Source: a virus | Taxonomy: Duplodnaviria > Caudoviricetes | Virus record (IMG/VR): IMGVR_UViG_3300014613_000063 | Coordinates: 1-33,137 of that record | Strand: one strand, 5' to 3' | Length of the DNA: 33,137 bases | Shown: positions 23,608-33,137 of the stretch, in pieces | Numbering within the stretch: position 1 is the first letter of the stretch | How the letters are laid out: the number at the start of each line of letters is the position of its first letter | Program-made: the position numbers and the translations under genes | Notes under the pieces: model-generated | Told to the model about the DNA's origin: nothing | The model's database searches: none | The model's input: the letters and a program-made list of their open reading frames with translations, nothing else

Positions 23608-26600
23608 TTATCCTGGCTTTCTGGATGGTGCCTTTCTTGCCGGGGCACGTCTTTTCTGCATCCCCGCTTTTGGTTTCTTTGCTTTCTCTTGATCTAATGC
23701 CCACTGTGTATAGATCAATCGCCTGGGGTCTCTGGTAGTACCCGCTGCAAGATCCATAGCACCGCTAACTGTTCGTATAGCCTGGGCCGGTATTCTACCA
23801 GTAGCCGCACCTATAGCAGCAGCAGCATGTTTAATCATACCAGGAATGTCACCACGTTTTGCTGCCTGGGTAAGTCTAACCGCTTCTTCTGGTGCTATCT
23901 CACCTACAGTACCAGAATTACCCCATCCCCGGATCATACGGTTTATTACACGTCCCGCCAACATAAACCCTGCTACGGGATACGTAGTGAGGTCTACACC
24001 TAATGCTAACCAATCAAGCGTCCACTTATCATCTTCTTTTTTAAGAGGTAATCTTCCACGACCTATGATGCCGAATAATATAGCTGGTATTACATAAGAA
24101 AACATTATGCGATAAGCCATTTCTGTATTATTAATTTCACCAGCGATTCTCGAACCAATAATATCGTGTGCCCAAAAATTAATATTTTTATTTACTTGAT
24201 TCTGAAATGTAGATAGTAAACTTTCTAATGTCCCGCCTCTAAAAAATTCTGGAAGATCTTTCATATTAGCCATTGGCTGCGTGCGGCTCGTATATTTATC
24301 AGCATAATCAATAGCTGCTTGATCGTTTTCAATAGTTCCTATTCCTTTTTCAATGGCTACTTCATAAAGTGATTTCCATGCTACAGTTACAGTACGATTG
24401 TCTATCCATTTAATCCAACTCACAGCATGCTCGCTAAAAGGTTTTTTGCCCCTAAGTCGTTTACCGAGAGCACTGGCAGTCCACTGTTTTCTGAGATCGC
24501 GAGCATATTCTCTTGTGCTGCGTATAGTTGTTTTGCTATCTACAAATTCTTGCATTGCTTTGAAATCAGTAGTTGCTTGGACAAGATTAGCTGGGATATA
24601 TTTCCACATTAACGGATCAACAGCTATAGCATTTTGTAATGATAGAGTTTGTCTCATAACTGATGGTATATTATAACCAATAGCATAAACTATACCATTT
24701 CGTCGTGCTCCGGCAATGAGTTTACTATAAGCATTAGTCGGGCCAGGCATGAATCCACGTATATGATCTCTGAGCCATTTATTCATAATTTTTACACCGC
24801 GTCCATCAGTAGCTTCATTCAATGCTGTTTTGAACTCGTTGTTGTGAAAGATTTTACCGAGATCTTTAGCTATTGGTGCCATAGCTTTGAATGTTTCAAT
24901 CCGTTGAATATTTTTCATATAAATCATACCGGCGTCAAGTTCGATTTTACCGATAGCACGCTTTTTACGCTTCTCAAGGAATCCAGCTTCCGGCCTGAGT
25001 GATTGTTGATTGAATTGTTCTGTGAGCAAAGACACGAAATCAACATCATCTTCAAGATCAGTACGTAAAATAGGTGAATAATTTAATTCTTGTTCCAGTA
25101 ATTTAGGATCAACTCCGACTTCAATAGCTGCTGCCCTAATCACCGGCCATTGTGATCGATACTGTTCATCTAACCAGGCGGCTACTGCTAATTGTTCTTC
25201 AGTTAATTTATTTGTTATTAAGGTTACATCTTCGTCGGTAATCAACATACCGCTGTTGAGATACTTTTTGCCTTCTTTATTTTGATCCAGCAAGTAAACA
25301 CCTATTTGTTCAAACGGAGTAAGTTCAAGACCTTCACGAATCGTTTCTTTATGACCACACCAAATTGCACTATCGATATTCTGATTTTCAATCATATCAA
25401 AAAATGCTATTTGTTCTTGACCTATATTTACATTTCTTATCTCGTCGGATTGTTTAACACGTTTCCATATATGCTGATAAAGTGGTCCTTCTTTATAACC
25501 ATCTAAAGCCTCAAGCCATTGTTGTATAATTCTTAGATCAGCCCATAAACTACCTATTGTAATACCATTGATAAGTTTAATACCCCCCAAAAAAGTTCTT
25601 ATCCTTCCTTTAGGAACTTTAGCAGCAGTTGTAAGACTATCGATCAACTGTGGTAATATCGGCGGTTTATCAATATAAACTTCACCTCTTGCTGCAAGTT
25701 CGGTTTCAAGATATTCCACCCATTTAATCATTTGATCTTTAGACATCTCAGCCATAGTACGCTTACCCGTTACCATCTCTTGAAGGTCACGGCGTTCTTC
25801 ATCTTTTATGCCGAGTTGTTCAGGCATCTGATGTCCTTTAGTAAGTAATTTAGCCTTAGACAATTTCTTAGGTTTTTTCCATAGACCGCGTACAACGGGT
25901 TTATCAGATGTATAGTCGTTTACTATCGCTTCAATATCACCGCGATTACGACTAAGGAAAGCAAGTTCATCTCTATCTGCTTTGCTGCGTTTGTCGACAT
26001 CTTTATTTTTTAACAGACGATACCGATCTTCAGCCTTAGTTAGTTTATCCTGTACTTGAACAGGATTAAGACCAAGTTGAGCACCTATAGCTTCGTCAAC
26101 TGTTTGTATTTCTGTCCTAATTTCACTTTCAGCAAAATCAGGCTGTGTACTTTCAAAATGACTAAGATCTGTACCTGGTTTATATTCAAATCCACGATCT
26201 TCAGCTATTGTTTGAATAGTATTATACATTTTGACATTTTTCAGGTCAATAAATTCTGTTTTAATTTTTTTAATAAGGCGTTTATAAGTTTTTTCACCTC
26301 TTAATATACCGCCTTTCTTACCGATGCCACGCCAGTTTACCATTACATCAATTTTTTCTTTACTTAACGGTATGAGTAGATTATCAGTTTTTTCTCTATT
26401 GATCTCTGAAACTTTTACATAAATATCTATATCAGATTCAGGTGTAGCAACTCCCATTGCATGTGAACCTGTGACACCAATCTCTTCTATTTCTATATTT
26501 GCTTTACTAAGAATTTGTTTAATACGAGTTATCTGCGGAAATTTAGATTCATCCTTTACAAGAGGAATTTCGTAAAGTGAAAATTCTTCTGGAATCATTT

Positions 26601-28191
26601 TTATAATTATAGAAACTTCGCCTTTGAAATCCTTAGCTAACTCTTTTACACCTTCTTTAGTAATGTCAGTAGCGTTAAATATTATATGATCATAACCTGA
26701 TTTAGCTAAAAACATTTTAGCCTCAGCCATGTCTTTAACGAAATATACATCTGTTTTTGGGATGGTATTATTTACTTCACCAATCCATGATATGTCCTTA
26801 TCTTCAGCAGACTGAATTGCTAATGTGCGGTCTTTATTAGATGCTGTAACATTTTGTTTGATCCAAGGATTAAGTGCATTACCAGATTCTTCAGATATAA
26901 TATTTGCTTCTGTTTGTATTACACCGGGAACAGCAAATCTACCACTACCAACATCTATTACATCACCCTTCGGCAATGAAGGCAACTTACTCGCGCCATA
27001 AGCTGAAAATGGAATATCTACAGTACCGCCGAGTATGGTACCCATGACCCCGGCGTCTATTAATCTGCTGGCTGTAGCATAATAATCTATAGACCCGTCA
27101 GGATTTCTCGGTGGATCATCACCCAAGACCATACCTACTAATTCTTGTGGTAGTTCTTCTTTCAAACCTTCAGACAAAGCTGTATGCAAAACACGTTTAC
27201 CAAAATATCTGGCCTTGCCAAGTTTCTTTACAGTAGCTAATTGTGCTGCTTTGAGATACTTAGTACCACCACCACCAGCAACTTCAATACCGCCGTTAAT
27301 AATACCACCTACAATACCACGTATTCTTGCTTCACGTTCTGATTTACCTTGATCAAGTGCAGTTTGATAAATATTATTGCCTTCTACACCAAATGCTACA
27401 AGGAATCCAGATACTGATACAGGTATACTGGTACCACCAGTAAGTACCGCTGATCCTATAGCTGCTCCGAGGAAAGGACCGGTTTCAACAGTACCGCCGA
27501 AATATTTATCGAATGTATTCTCAATCACTGGCTGCATCTCTGGTTCTTGTAATGCCTGGTGCATCAAACGTGACCATTCACTAACGGTTTCTCTTGATTC
27601 CTTCATGCCAGGCATACCGCGAAGTGGACTTAAATTACTTAATGTATCGAGTAAATATAAACCACCGCCGACAACCATAACTTCACCACGTTCCCACCGG
27701 CGATATGTTTTGTTAAGGAATTTATCTTTTAGTGCTTGATTGTTTTCCTGCAATCTTTGTCTGGTTACAGGATCTTGTGCTATCGTCTGGATTTCACCCG
27801 CACGCTCCCAAAGTCTTTCTCTGGTCCTTATTCTGGCTTTCTCTTCCCGCTGTTCTGTGGTACCGGGTTCGCGGTAGATCTTTCGTAGATCACCGAGATA
27901 GATCTGACGACTGGTTGGTGGTTTCTCAGATAAGGCACCAGGTTCAACAGGTGCGAACTCAGGAACGTAACCAGGTTCAGGCGGCAGTTCTGCGACATGT
28001 CGTTGTGCCTCAGTCACTTCTTTGGCTGCCACCCCTATCTGTTGGGCTGGGGTTTTCCTAACTCCGAACCGAGTTGCAAATTCATTATAGTCTACATCTG
28101 CATAATGTTTGGCATGGATTTTACGTGCTATGGTATCATCAGAGAAACCATTATACTGTGGATATTGACGTCTGAACTCAATTATATTCAT
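23608..28191 (-). CDS. large internal virion/ejection (polyvalent) protein containing a nucleotidyltransferase domain
   Basis: 1527 aa. N-terminal FRRQYPQYNGFSDD motif, Gly/Ala-rich membrane-active segment, helical C-terminal body, and internal GSHAMGVATPESDIDI. Located after the tail and internal virion genes. Confidence 0.75.
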   Translation of the reverse strand: MNIIEFRRQYPQYNGFSDDTIARKIHAKHYADVDYNEFATRFGVRKTPAQQIGVAAKEVTEAQRHVAELPPEPGYVPEFAPVEPGALSEKPPTSRQIYLGDLRKIYREPGTTEQREEKARIRTRERLWERAGEIQTIAQDPVTRQRLQENNQALKDKFLNKTYRRWERGEVMVVGGGLYLLDTLSNLSPLRGMPGMKESRETVSEWSRLMHQALQEPEMQPVIENTFDKYFGGTVETGPFLGAAIGSAVLTGGTSIPVSVSGFLVAFGVEGNNIYQTALDQGKSEREARIRGIVGGIINGGIEVAGGGGTKYLKAAQLATVKKLGKARYFGKRVLHTALSEGLKEELPQELVGMVLGDDPPRNPDGSIDYYATASRLIDAGVMGTILGGTVDIPFSAYGASKLPSLPKGDVIDVGSGRFAVPGVIQTEANIISEESGNALNPWIKQNVTASNKDRTLAIQSAEDKDISWIGEVNNTIPKTDVYFVKDMAEAKMFLAKSGYDHIIFNATDITKEGVKELAKDFKGEVSIIIKMIPEEFSLYEIPLVKDESKFPQITRIKQILSKANIEIEEIGVTGSHAMGVATPESDIDIYVKVSEINREKTDNLLIPLSKEKIDVMVNWRGIGKKGGILRGEKTYKRLIKKIKTEFIDLKNVKMYNTIQTIAEDRGFEYKPGTDLSHFESTQPDFAESEIRTEIQTVDEAIGAQLGLNPVQVQDKLTKAEDRYRLLKNKDVDKRSKADRDELAFLSRNRGDIEAIVNDYTSDKPVVRGLWKKPKKLSKAKLLTKGHQMPEQLGIKDEERRDLQEMVTGKRTMAEMSKDQMIKWVEYLETELAARGEVYIDKPPILPQLIDSLTTAAKVPKGRIRTFLGGIKLINGITIGSLWADLRIIQQWLEALDGYKEGPLYQHIWKRVKQSDEIRNVNIGQEQIAFFDMIENQNIDSAIWCGHKETIREGLELTPFEQIGVYLLDQNKEGKKYLNSGMLITDEDVTLITNKLTEEQLAVAAWLDEQYRSQWPVIRAAAIEVGVDPKLLEQELNYSPILRTDLEDDVDFVSLLTEQFNQQSLRPEAGFLEKRKKRAIGKIELDAGMIYMKNIQRIETFKAMAPIAKDLGKIFHNNEFKTALNEATDGRGVKIMNKWLRDHIRGFMPGPTNAYSKLIAGARRNGIVYAIGYNIPSVMRQTLSLQNAIAVDPLMWKYIPANLVQATTDFKAMQEFVDSKTTIRSTREYARDLRKQWTASALGKRLRGKKPFSEHAVSWIKWIDNRTVTVAWKSLYEVAIEKGIGTIENDQAAIDYADKYTSRTQPMANMKDLPEFFRGGTLESLLSTFQNQVNKNINFWAHDIIGSRIAGEINNTEMAYRIMFSYVIPAILFGIIGRGRLPLKKEDDKWTLDWLALGVDLTTYPVAGFMLAGRVINRMIRGWGNSGTVGEIAPEEAVRLTQAAKRGDIPGMIKHAAAAIGAATGRIPAQAIRTVSGAMDLAAGTTRDPRRLIYTQWALDQEKAKKPKAGMQKRRAPARKAPSRKPG

Positions 28192-29039
28192 TCAAACAGT
28201 CCTAATGGATCATGTCGTTTCGTTTGTTTCTTACCCATAGACTCGGCAATTTTATCACCGAATGTACCACCTTTAGTGCCCGGTTGAACTATTCTTTGAC
28301 TTACACCGAATCTTGCTGCTACTTCTTTTTTACGTGTAGCAACATCTTTTTTCTGTTGTCGCCAGAAATCATATTCCGCAATTTCTTCAGGTGAAGCATA
28401 AGTTTTTCTCCAATCACCCGTATTCGGATCCCACACCTTTACTTTTCTCTTTTTGAGATCACGCATAGCACGATATGTAGAAATTGCTCCGGTGATAGGA
28501 GTGATAAAAGCAAGTTTAGATGGCGGTTTAGGTGGTTCTTCTCTAAACCTATTGAGTTCATCAGAAATTCTTTCGCTGTATATATCAAGTTTGCCGAACA
28601 TCTGTGGTATGTCTTCCTCTTTTCTTTGTGGATACATAGATTTGGCCACATCAGGTCCAAATACTATTCTGGCTTTAATCTCATCAACATCGGAGATCAT
28701 ACCGTGTTCTGCGAGTCGATTGATGTTCTGTATTTGTGCCATCTGTTGTTGTGCTTGTTGATTGAACGCGAGCATCTCTTGTTTAGCCTTAGTATCAATC
28801 TCTCGTAGCATACGTTTGCTCTTACCGGCACCGAGGAACTGTCTACTTCTATTCACTTCTTTCCATTGAAGGGCATACTTATCTTGGATCTGTTGTCTAC
28901 CGGACTGTATCTGCTCTTCCAGATATGATTCAGGAGTTATATTAGCGGCAGGTAATACATTACCGTGTGATTGTACAAATTGTCTACCCGGTTCGTTGAA
29001 AGTCCAACCTGCTGTTCCTTGTGGTTGTAATATTGGCAT
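28188..29039 (-). CDS. putative internal virion protein
   Basis: 283 aa, Q-rich helical, ends DPLGLFE, adjacent to the large ejection gene. Confidence 0.55.
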   Translation of the reverse strand: MPILQPQGTAGWTFNEPGRQFVQSHGNVLPAANITPESYLEEQIQSGRQQIQDKYALQWKEVNRSRQFLGAGKSKRMLREIDTKAKQEMLAFNQQAQQQMAQIQNINRLAEHGMISDVDEIKARIVFGPDVAKSMYPQRKEEDIPQMFGKLDIYSERISDELNRFREEPPKPPSKLAFITPITGAISTYRAMRDLKKRKVKVWDPNTGDWRKTYASPEEIAEYDFWRQQKKDVATRKKEVAARFGVSQRIVQPGTKGGTFGDKIAESMGKKQTKRHDPLGLFE

Positions 29040-29048
29040 TTTATACTC

Positions 29049-30791
29049 CTATGATAACCTGTGGCCAAAAAATATAGTTTTATTTGCCCCACCTTCTACA
29101 TTTGCATTACCGCCACTATCTTGACGTGCCTCAAGTTCAACATAATCGTTTGCAGCTAAATAAACAATGATAAAAATATCGAGTGCACGGTTTGCACTGG
29201 CATCCTCATTAGCCATGTTTACATTCAAATAAGTTCCACTATTTTTATTCAGAGCCACACCAAATACTATATCCGTACCTAATGCTGTAAAACGAGCCAC
29301 CCCACCTATAAAATAATAACCTGCATTTGTGGCGGTAAATCTATAATTAGTTGCATTATCATATTCCCCGTCACCATCAAAATTTTCAGTATTAAATAAC
29401 ACTTTTGTCCAAGTTCCAGTAGTAAGAGTTTGATTTGAACTAAGATATGCACTAAATCGTGAAGTAAAAGCTCCCCCAGGAATAGGCCCAAATTCTAACC
29501 CATCTTCTCCGGCATTAACCACTACACATTTTCCAGCATCTCCCGTGTAATTAGCAGGGTCAGTGTCGGTTAATTCAATCCAAGTACTTGCCCCACCACC
29601 AGCAGCCGCCCACGAAAGAACACCATTACCATCAGTTTGTAAAACATTAGTATTATCTCCATCTGTAGCTGGTAAGGTAAAAGATAAACTTCCTGCACTT
29701 ATATCTGGTACAGTCAGTGTAATTGTATTCGCTGAATTACTATCGTGTAATACAAGAGCACCAGTAGTCGTACTTGCTTTACCTATTGTAACTGATGCTC
29801 CTTCACAGACAACTGTTGCATCTTTTTCAACAATAAGTCCACAAGACCAACTTATAGGTCCACTTATTTCTGCACCAGCACCATTGTTTACATAAAAAAT
29901 ATGCCTACCAACATTTTGAATATACACAGAGGCTTCATCTGCTACAGCATATTCCCAACGCTCATCAGTCTCATCGAAATAAGCGTTTTGACTTATGCCC
30001 GCCATCATACTGGCTAATACTGACGTATTGCAGAAAAGTGCTCCTGTCCCACCGATTTCAAGCACATCATAATAATCTTTCCAAGTATGCCGCATAGCGG
30101 TATAACCTATGTTTACGTTTCCATTACTAAACAAATTACCAGCAACTAATGGTTTATCATATTCGACACCTATCCATACTTCTGATATTGAATTTATGAG
30201 AAGTCGAGTCCCATCAAAATATATATAAGCATCTTGAGCATCACCGAAAAGTACAGCATCATAATCTTGTAAATTTATATCACTGTCTTTAATCAAGATG
30301 CCTTCTATAGTTACTCCTGCCGCTCCTGTGTGCTCATTGATTGTGTCAACAGTAAGTGTGCCTGTTAAATCAAGACCAACAAATGTTGGACTTGCCGACG
30401 TTCTAATATCCTGAATTGTATCAATGGTGGTTGTTGTGATTGCTATTGAGTTACCAACACTAAGCCATTTACAAGCTGTTTCAGAATCATCCCAGAATAG
30501 AATCTTATCAGCATTAGGATCAGTAAGTGCTTCAATACCTAAATGAGATAATGATAATGTCGGCCTGGTATAATTTAATCCCGTACCGATTGTTACTGAC
30601 TCTAACGCTTTGCTTGCATTGGTGCCTATCAATGAAGATGCAGTAAGCCCGGTTATAGTAACTCCGGTGAATGTAGGACTGGATGCACTACCTAAGTGAA
30701 ACTTGATTTTATTAATAATAAGATCAAGCCGTTTCCAGTCATTAGGTATAACTCTTGGTATGGCTAATGATTGTGTCATTATTACACCCAA
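29049..30791 (-). CDS. tail fibre/spike-like protein with C-terminal C1q-like domain
   Basis: T/G-rich repeats (SPTFTG, SPTFVG), LPATDGDNTNVLQTDGNGVLSW, C-terminal FSAY...KVLFNTENFD..EYD...RFTA..AGYYFI. The start may be 30779. Confidence 0.75.
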   Translation of the reverse strand: MGVIMTQSLAIPRVIPNDWKRLDLIINKIKFHLGSASSPTFTGVTITGLTASSLIGTNASKALESVTIGTGLNYTRPTLSLSHLGIEALTDPNADKILFWDDSETACKWLSVGNSIAITTTTIDTIQDIRTSASPTFVGLDLTGTLTVDTINEHTGAAGVTIEGILIKDSDINLQDYDAVLFGDAQDAYIYFDGTRLLINSISEVWIGVEYDKPLVAGNLFSNGNVNIGYTAMRHTWKDYYDVLEIGGTGALFCNTSVLASMMAGISQNAYFDETDERWEYAVADEASVYIQNVGRHIFYVNNGAGAEISGPISWSCGLIVEKDATVVCEGASVTIGKASTTTGALVLHDSNSANTITLTVPDISAGSLSFTLPATDGDNTNVLQTDGNGVLSWAAAGGGASTWIELTDTDPANYTGDAGKCVVVNAGEDGLEFGPIPGGAFTSRFSAYLSSNQTLTTGTWTKVLFNTENFDGDGEYDNATNYRFTATNAGYYFIGGVARFTALGTDIVFGVALNKNSGTYLNVNMANEDASANRALDIFIIVYLAANDYVELEARQDSGGNANVEGGANKTIFFGHRLS

Positions 30792-31528
30792 CTTGGTACT
30801 GGTTCTTCTGCCTCACCATATTCTGTTTTACCATATATTGATGGAAATTGTTGTGAATAAGCTGTTGTTGGTCCCGCTGATGTTGTGGTCCTCGGAACAT
30901 TGGGTGATAAAGATGCACCATAAGTATATGCCCCCTGGTATCTTTCACTCTCTGGTATATATTCAGGTGCTGGTGCATTTTGTGTAGCCATTCGTTCCTG
31001 AGATGAGATCTGCATTTGAAGTCTTTGCATAGCAGCAGAACGTTCTGCGGCTGCTTCTTGTGCTCGTTGTGCAAAAGCTGCATACGATGCTAATGTAGTT
31101 AGATATTTACTCTCAGCCTCACCTCTTGCAGCCAAACGTGCTCGACCAGCAGTTTTTTCAGCTTGTATTGGAACACCACCCATCACTGTAGTACCACCAA
31201 GACCACCACTAACAAGTGCTTGCTGGCCGCCAGCTATGGCCTGTTTTTTACCTTCTTCAATATCTGCTAAACTGGCTTCAAGTGCTAAACCACCACCTGA
31301 AAGACGTTCCAAAGCTGCTGCATAAAGACTCATTATATCAGACCCACCAGTAACAGCAGTTGCTCCACCTGCTCCACCTGCTTCACCACTTACCGATGCA
31401 GGTGCAGATGTAGATGTACGTACGGGAGTCGGTGCTGACACACTTCTTTGTATAGGACTCGTAGATCCTGCATATGCTCGGTATTGCATAGCCCCCGCTG
31501 CCCCACCAGGTAATCTAAAGCTACCCAT
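30782..31528 (-). CDS. Ala/Gly-rich internal virion (DNA pilot/transfer-like) protein
   Basis: 248 aa, low-complexity, with a GGLGGTT motif and coiled coil. Follows the tail tubular gene. Confidence 0.55.
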   Translation of the reverse strand: MGSFRLPGGAAGAMQYRAYAGSTSPIQRSVSAPTPVRTSTSAPASVSGEAGGAGGATAVTGGSDIMSLYAAALERLSGGGLALEASLADIEEGKKQAIAGGQQALVSGGLGGTTVMGGVPIQAEKTAGRARLAARGEAESKYLTTLASYAAFAQRAQEAAAERSAAMQRLQMQISSQERMATQNAPAPEYIPESERYQGAYTYGASLSPNVPRTTTSAGPTTAYSQQFPSIYGKTEYGEAEEPVPSWV

Positions 31529-33137
31529 TATAAACTCCTTCCTACTTCTTTTGAATCAACCATTAAACGTTCCATTGACCATGATTCTGTATTAGCACTA
31601 TTAGTAAGCACTATAGCACTCCATTGACCTCGTACAGAACGCCTATCTAAATTACTTTTTGTCCAATTAGGTGCTGTAAATGTTTTTGTAAATGCAGCAG
31701 CATCACCGTCATTAAGTTTCTTAATAACTTGTCCTGCTGTTCTTGCAACATGAACAGTACAAGTAACATCATCTGAATCAGTGTCACCTATACCTGTCAC
31801 CATATCAATATTTTTTATAATGCCGTCTTTGCGTGGATGTATACTTAACGCAAGTGGTGCGAACCCAACATAACTGGTTATAGTTGTTCCATCATCATTT
31901 ACGGTTGCTTTATCGAATGATTTAATATAACCATCTGCACAACCAAATAATAATTTTTTATACGCTGGAGTTTCAGATGGATAATAGAAAGCCGAATAAA
32001 TACCCATCGCGGTGGGTATTGCATCCGGGAACAAACCTTCAGTCCTGAGATCATACCACCAACCGGTACAAGCACCGGTAACAAGTGTAGTTTTGAAAAT
32101 ATGAATGCCGTGTTCTTCAGGATTAAATGCCAATACTATTCTGTGTGTAGAGGGATTAAAGGCAAGATCAGTTATAAAATCAGGATATAATTCCTGTGTA
32201 AGATTCTCAATCTGCCCGAAACCTTTCGGTATTCTCATCAATCCTGCCGTACACATCATATATAAATTGCTCTTATCGTCCCAACACCATGCCCTGTCAC
32301 CGAGGATACCGGTAGTAGTATCTAATGGATTTAATTCACCACCGAATGCTGCATCACCCGATAAGACCCATATCTCGTTGGCACATCCGTATATAAGATA
32401 GTCATCACTGTATGGTATCGCAACCTTTATTATGTCACCGACCTCAGTACAGTCTGCATCATTACCGGCCACAGGTGACTGTGCATCTCCGGGGGCATGT
32501 AAATAATCAAATGGATTGAGTTGTCTGCTTTGATACCATTGATGGGGATAATTAGGTTCACCGCTTAATTGTATCCTACCCCTGTATCTGCATATTTGAT
32601 AAACCTTAGTCGGCATAACACCGAAATTAGTAGTGTCACCACCAAACACGGTATAGTTATACCAATGCGGGGGATCTACTTCATCTGCATTAAGAACAAA
32701 TGAAACTGCACCTGCGTAACAGCTTGTTGTTGGATTAGTTCCCGCTACTGTGTCACCGCTTGCGAATGTTGTAGTTGTGGTGCGTTTACCGTAAACAAGA
32801 CATGTTCCATTGATAGCATCAATATAATCTACTATCATCGAAGCTCCGGTAGCTGCAACAGTAAGTACAGTACCGAAATCAGGTGGTAAATTAGCTCCTG
32901 ATGAAATATCGGCGGTAGATAATTTTACATTAACGAGATCCAGAACTTTTTTAATAGTCCCGTTTACTATGAATAATTTCTGAGATGATACGGCAGCATT
33001 CAACACATCAGTAGTATCTAATTCATTATGTGCATCAGTCACTTCACTCATAGTTCCTGCAACAGCTTCACGCCATACTTCATTATCACCTATTGCTATG
33101 AGTTCTCTGCTGTATGACTTATCTACCGGTGCTGATG
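31528..33137 (-). CDS. tail tubular B / head-stabilisation (P22 gp10-like) beta-propeller protein, 5'-truncated
   Basis: The frame stays open from ATG 33051 to the window edge (SAPVDKSYSRELIAIGDNEVWREAVAGT). Beta-rich repeats YRGRIQL, WYQSR, GDII, LIYGC, WWYD. Confidence 0.65.
   Translation of the reverse strand, partial: SAPVDKSYSRELIAIGDNEVWREAVAGTMSEVTDAHNELDTTDVLNAAVSSQKLFIVNGTIKKVLDLVNVKLSTADISSGANLPPDFGTVLTVAATGASMIVDYIDAINGTCLVYGKRTTTTTFASGDTVAGTNPTTSCYAGAVSFVLNADEVDPPHWYNYTVFGGDTTNFGVMPTKVYQICRYRGRIQLSGEPNYPHQWYQSRQLNPFDYLHAPGDAQSPVAGNDADCTEVGDIIKVAIPYSDDYLIYGCANEIWVLSGDAAFGGELNPLDTTTGILGDRAWCWDDKSNLYMMCTAGLMRIPKGFGQIENLTQELYPDFITDLAFNPSTHRIVLAFNPEEHGIHIFKTTLVTGACTGWWYDLRTEGLFPDAIPTAMGIYSAFYYPSETPAYKKLLFGCADGYIKSFDKATVNDDGTTITSYVGFAPLALSIHPRKDGIIKNIDMVTGIGDTDSDDVTCTVHVARTAGQVIKKLNDGDAAAFTKTFTAPNWTKSNLDRRSVRGQWSAIVLTNSANTESWSMERLMVDSKEVGRSL

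Noticed and set aside
1-33137. Integrase, att site, terminal repeats or host assignment
   Set aside because: None is recognisable in the window. Both ends cut through genes, so lifestyle and host remain undetermined.

Overview
This window is a 33-kb internal piece of a tailed dsDNA phage genome, probably podovirus-like, with an unknown host. It has two converging arms. The + strand (1-23454) starts with an early region of many small genes behind three near-consensus sigma70 promoters. That region includes a truncated SAM-lyase/DUF3574-like gene and a roughly 700-bp non-coding block of palindromic repeats that may be a replication origin. It is followed by a nucleotide-catabolism cluster (dATP/dGTP diphosphohydrolase, PQ-loop membrane protein, HAD nucleotidase, metallophosphoesterase) and by replication and recombination genes (family A DNA polymerase, VRR-NUC, Cas4/RecB-like exonuclease, HD hydrolase, Sak4-like ATPase, SSB-like protein, TOPRIM plus SF3 primase-helicase). 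The - strand (23459-33137) carries virion genes: a tail tubular/stabilisation protein, internal virion proteins, a C1q-tipped fibre and a 1527-aa probable ejection protein. The most unusual signals are a Pol-beta-type nucleotidyltransferase domain inside the ejection protein, a multibranch RNA with a tRNA T-loop directly ahead of the primase, the nucleotide-catabolism operon with its transporter and structured leader, an exact 63-bp duplication shared by two distant genes, and an in-frame TGA in an otherwise intact early gene. All family calls come from recognising motifs by eye; no database search was run.
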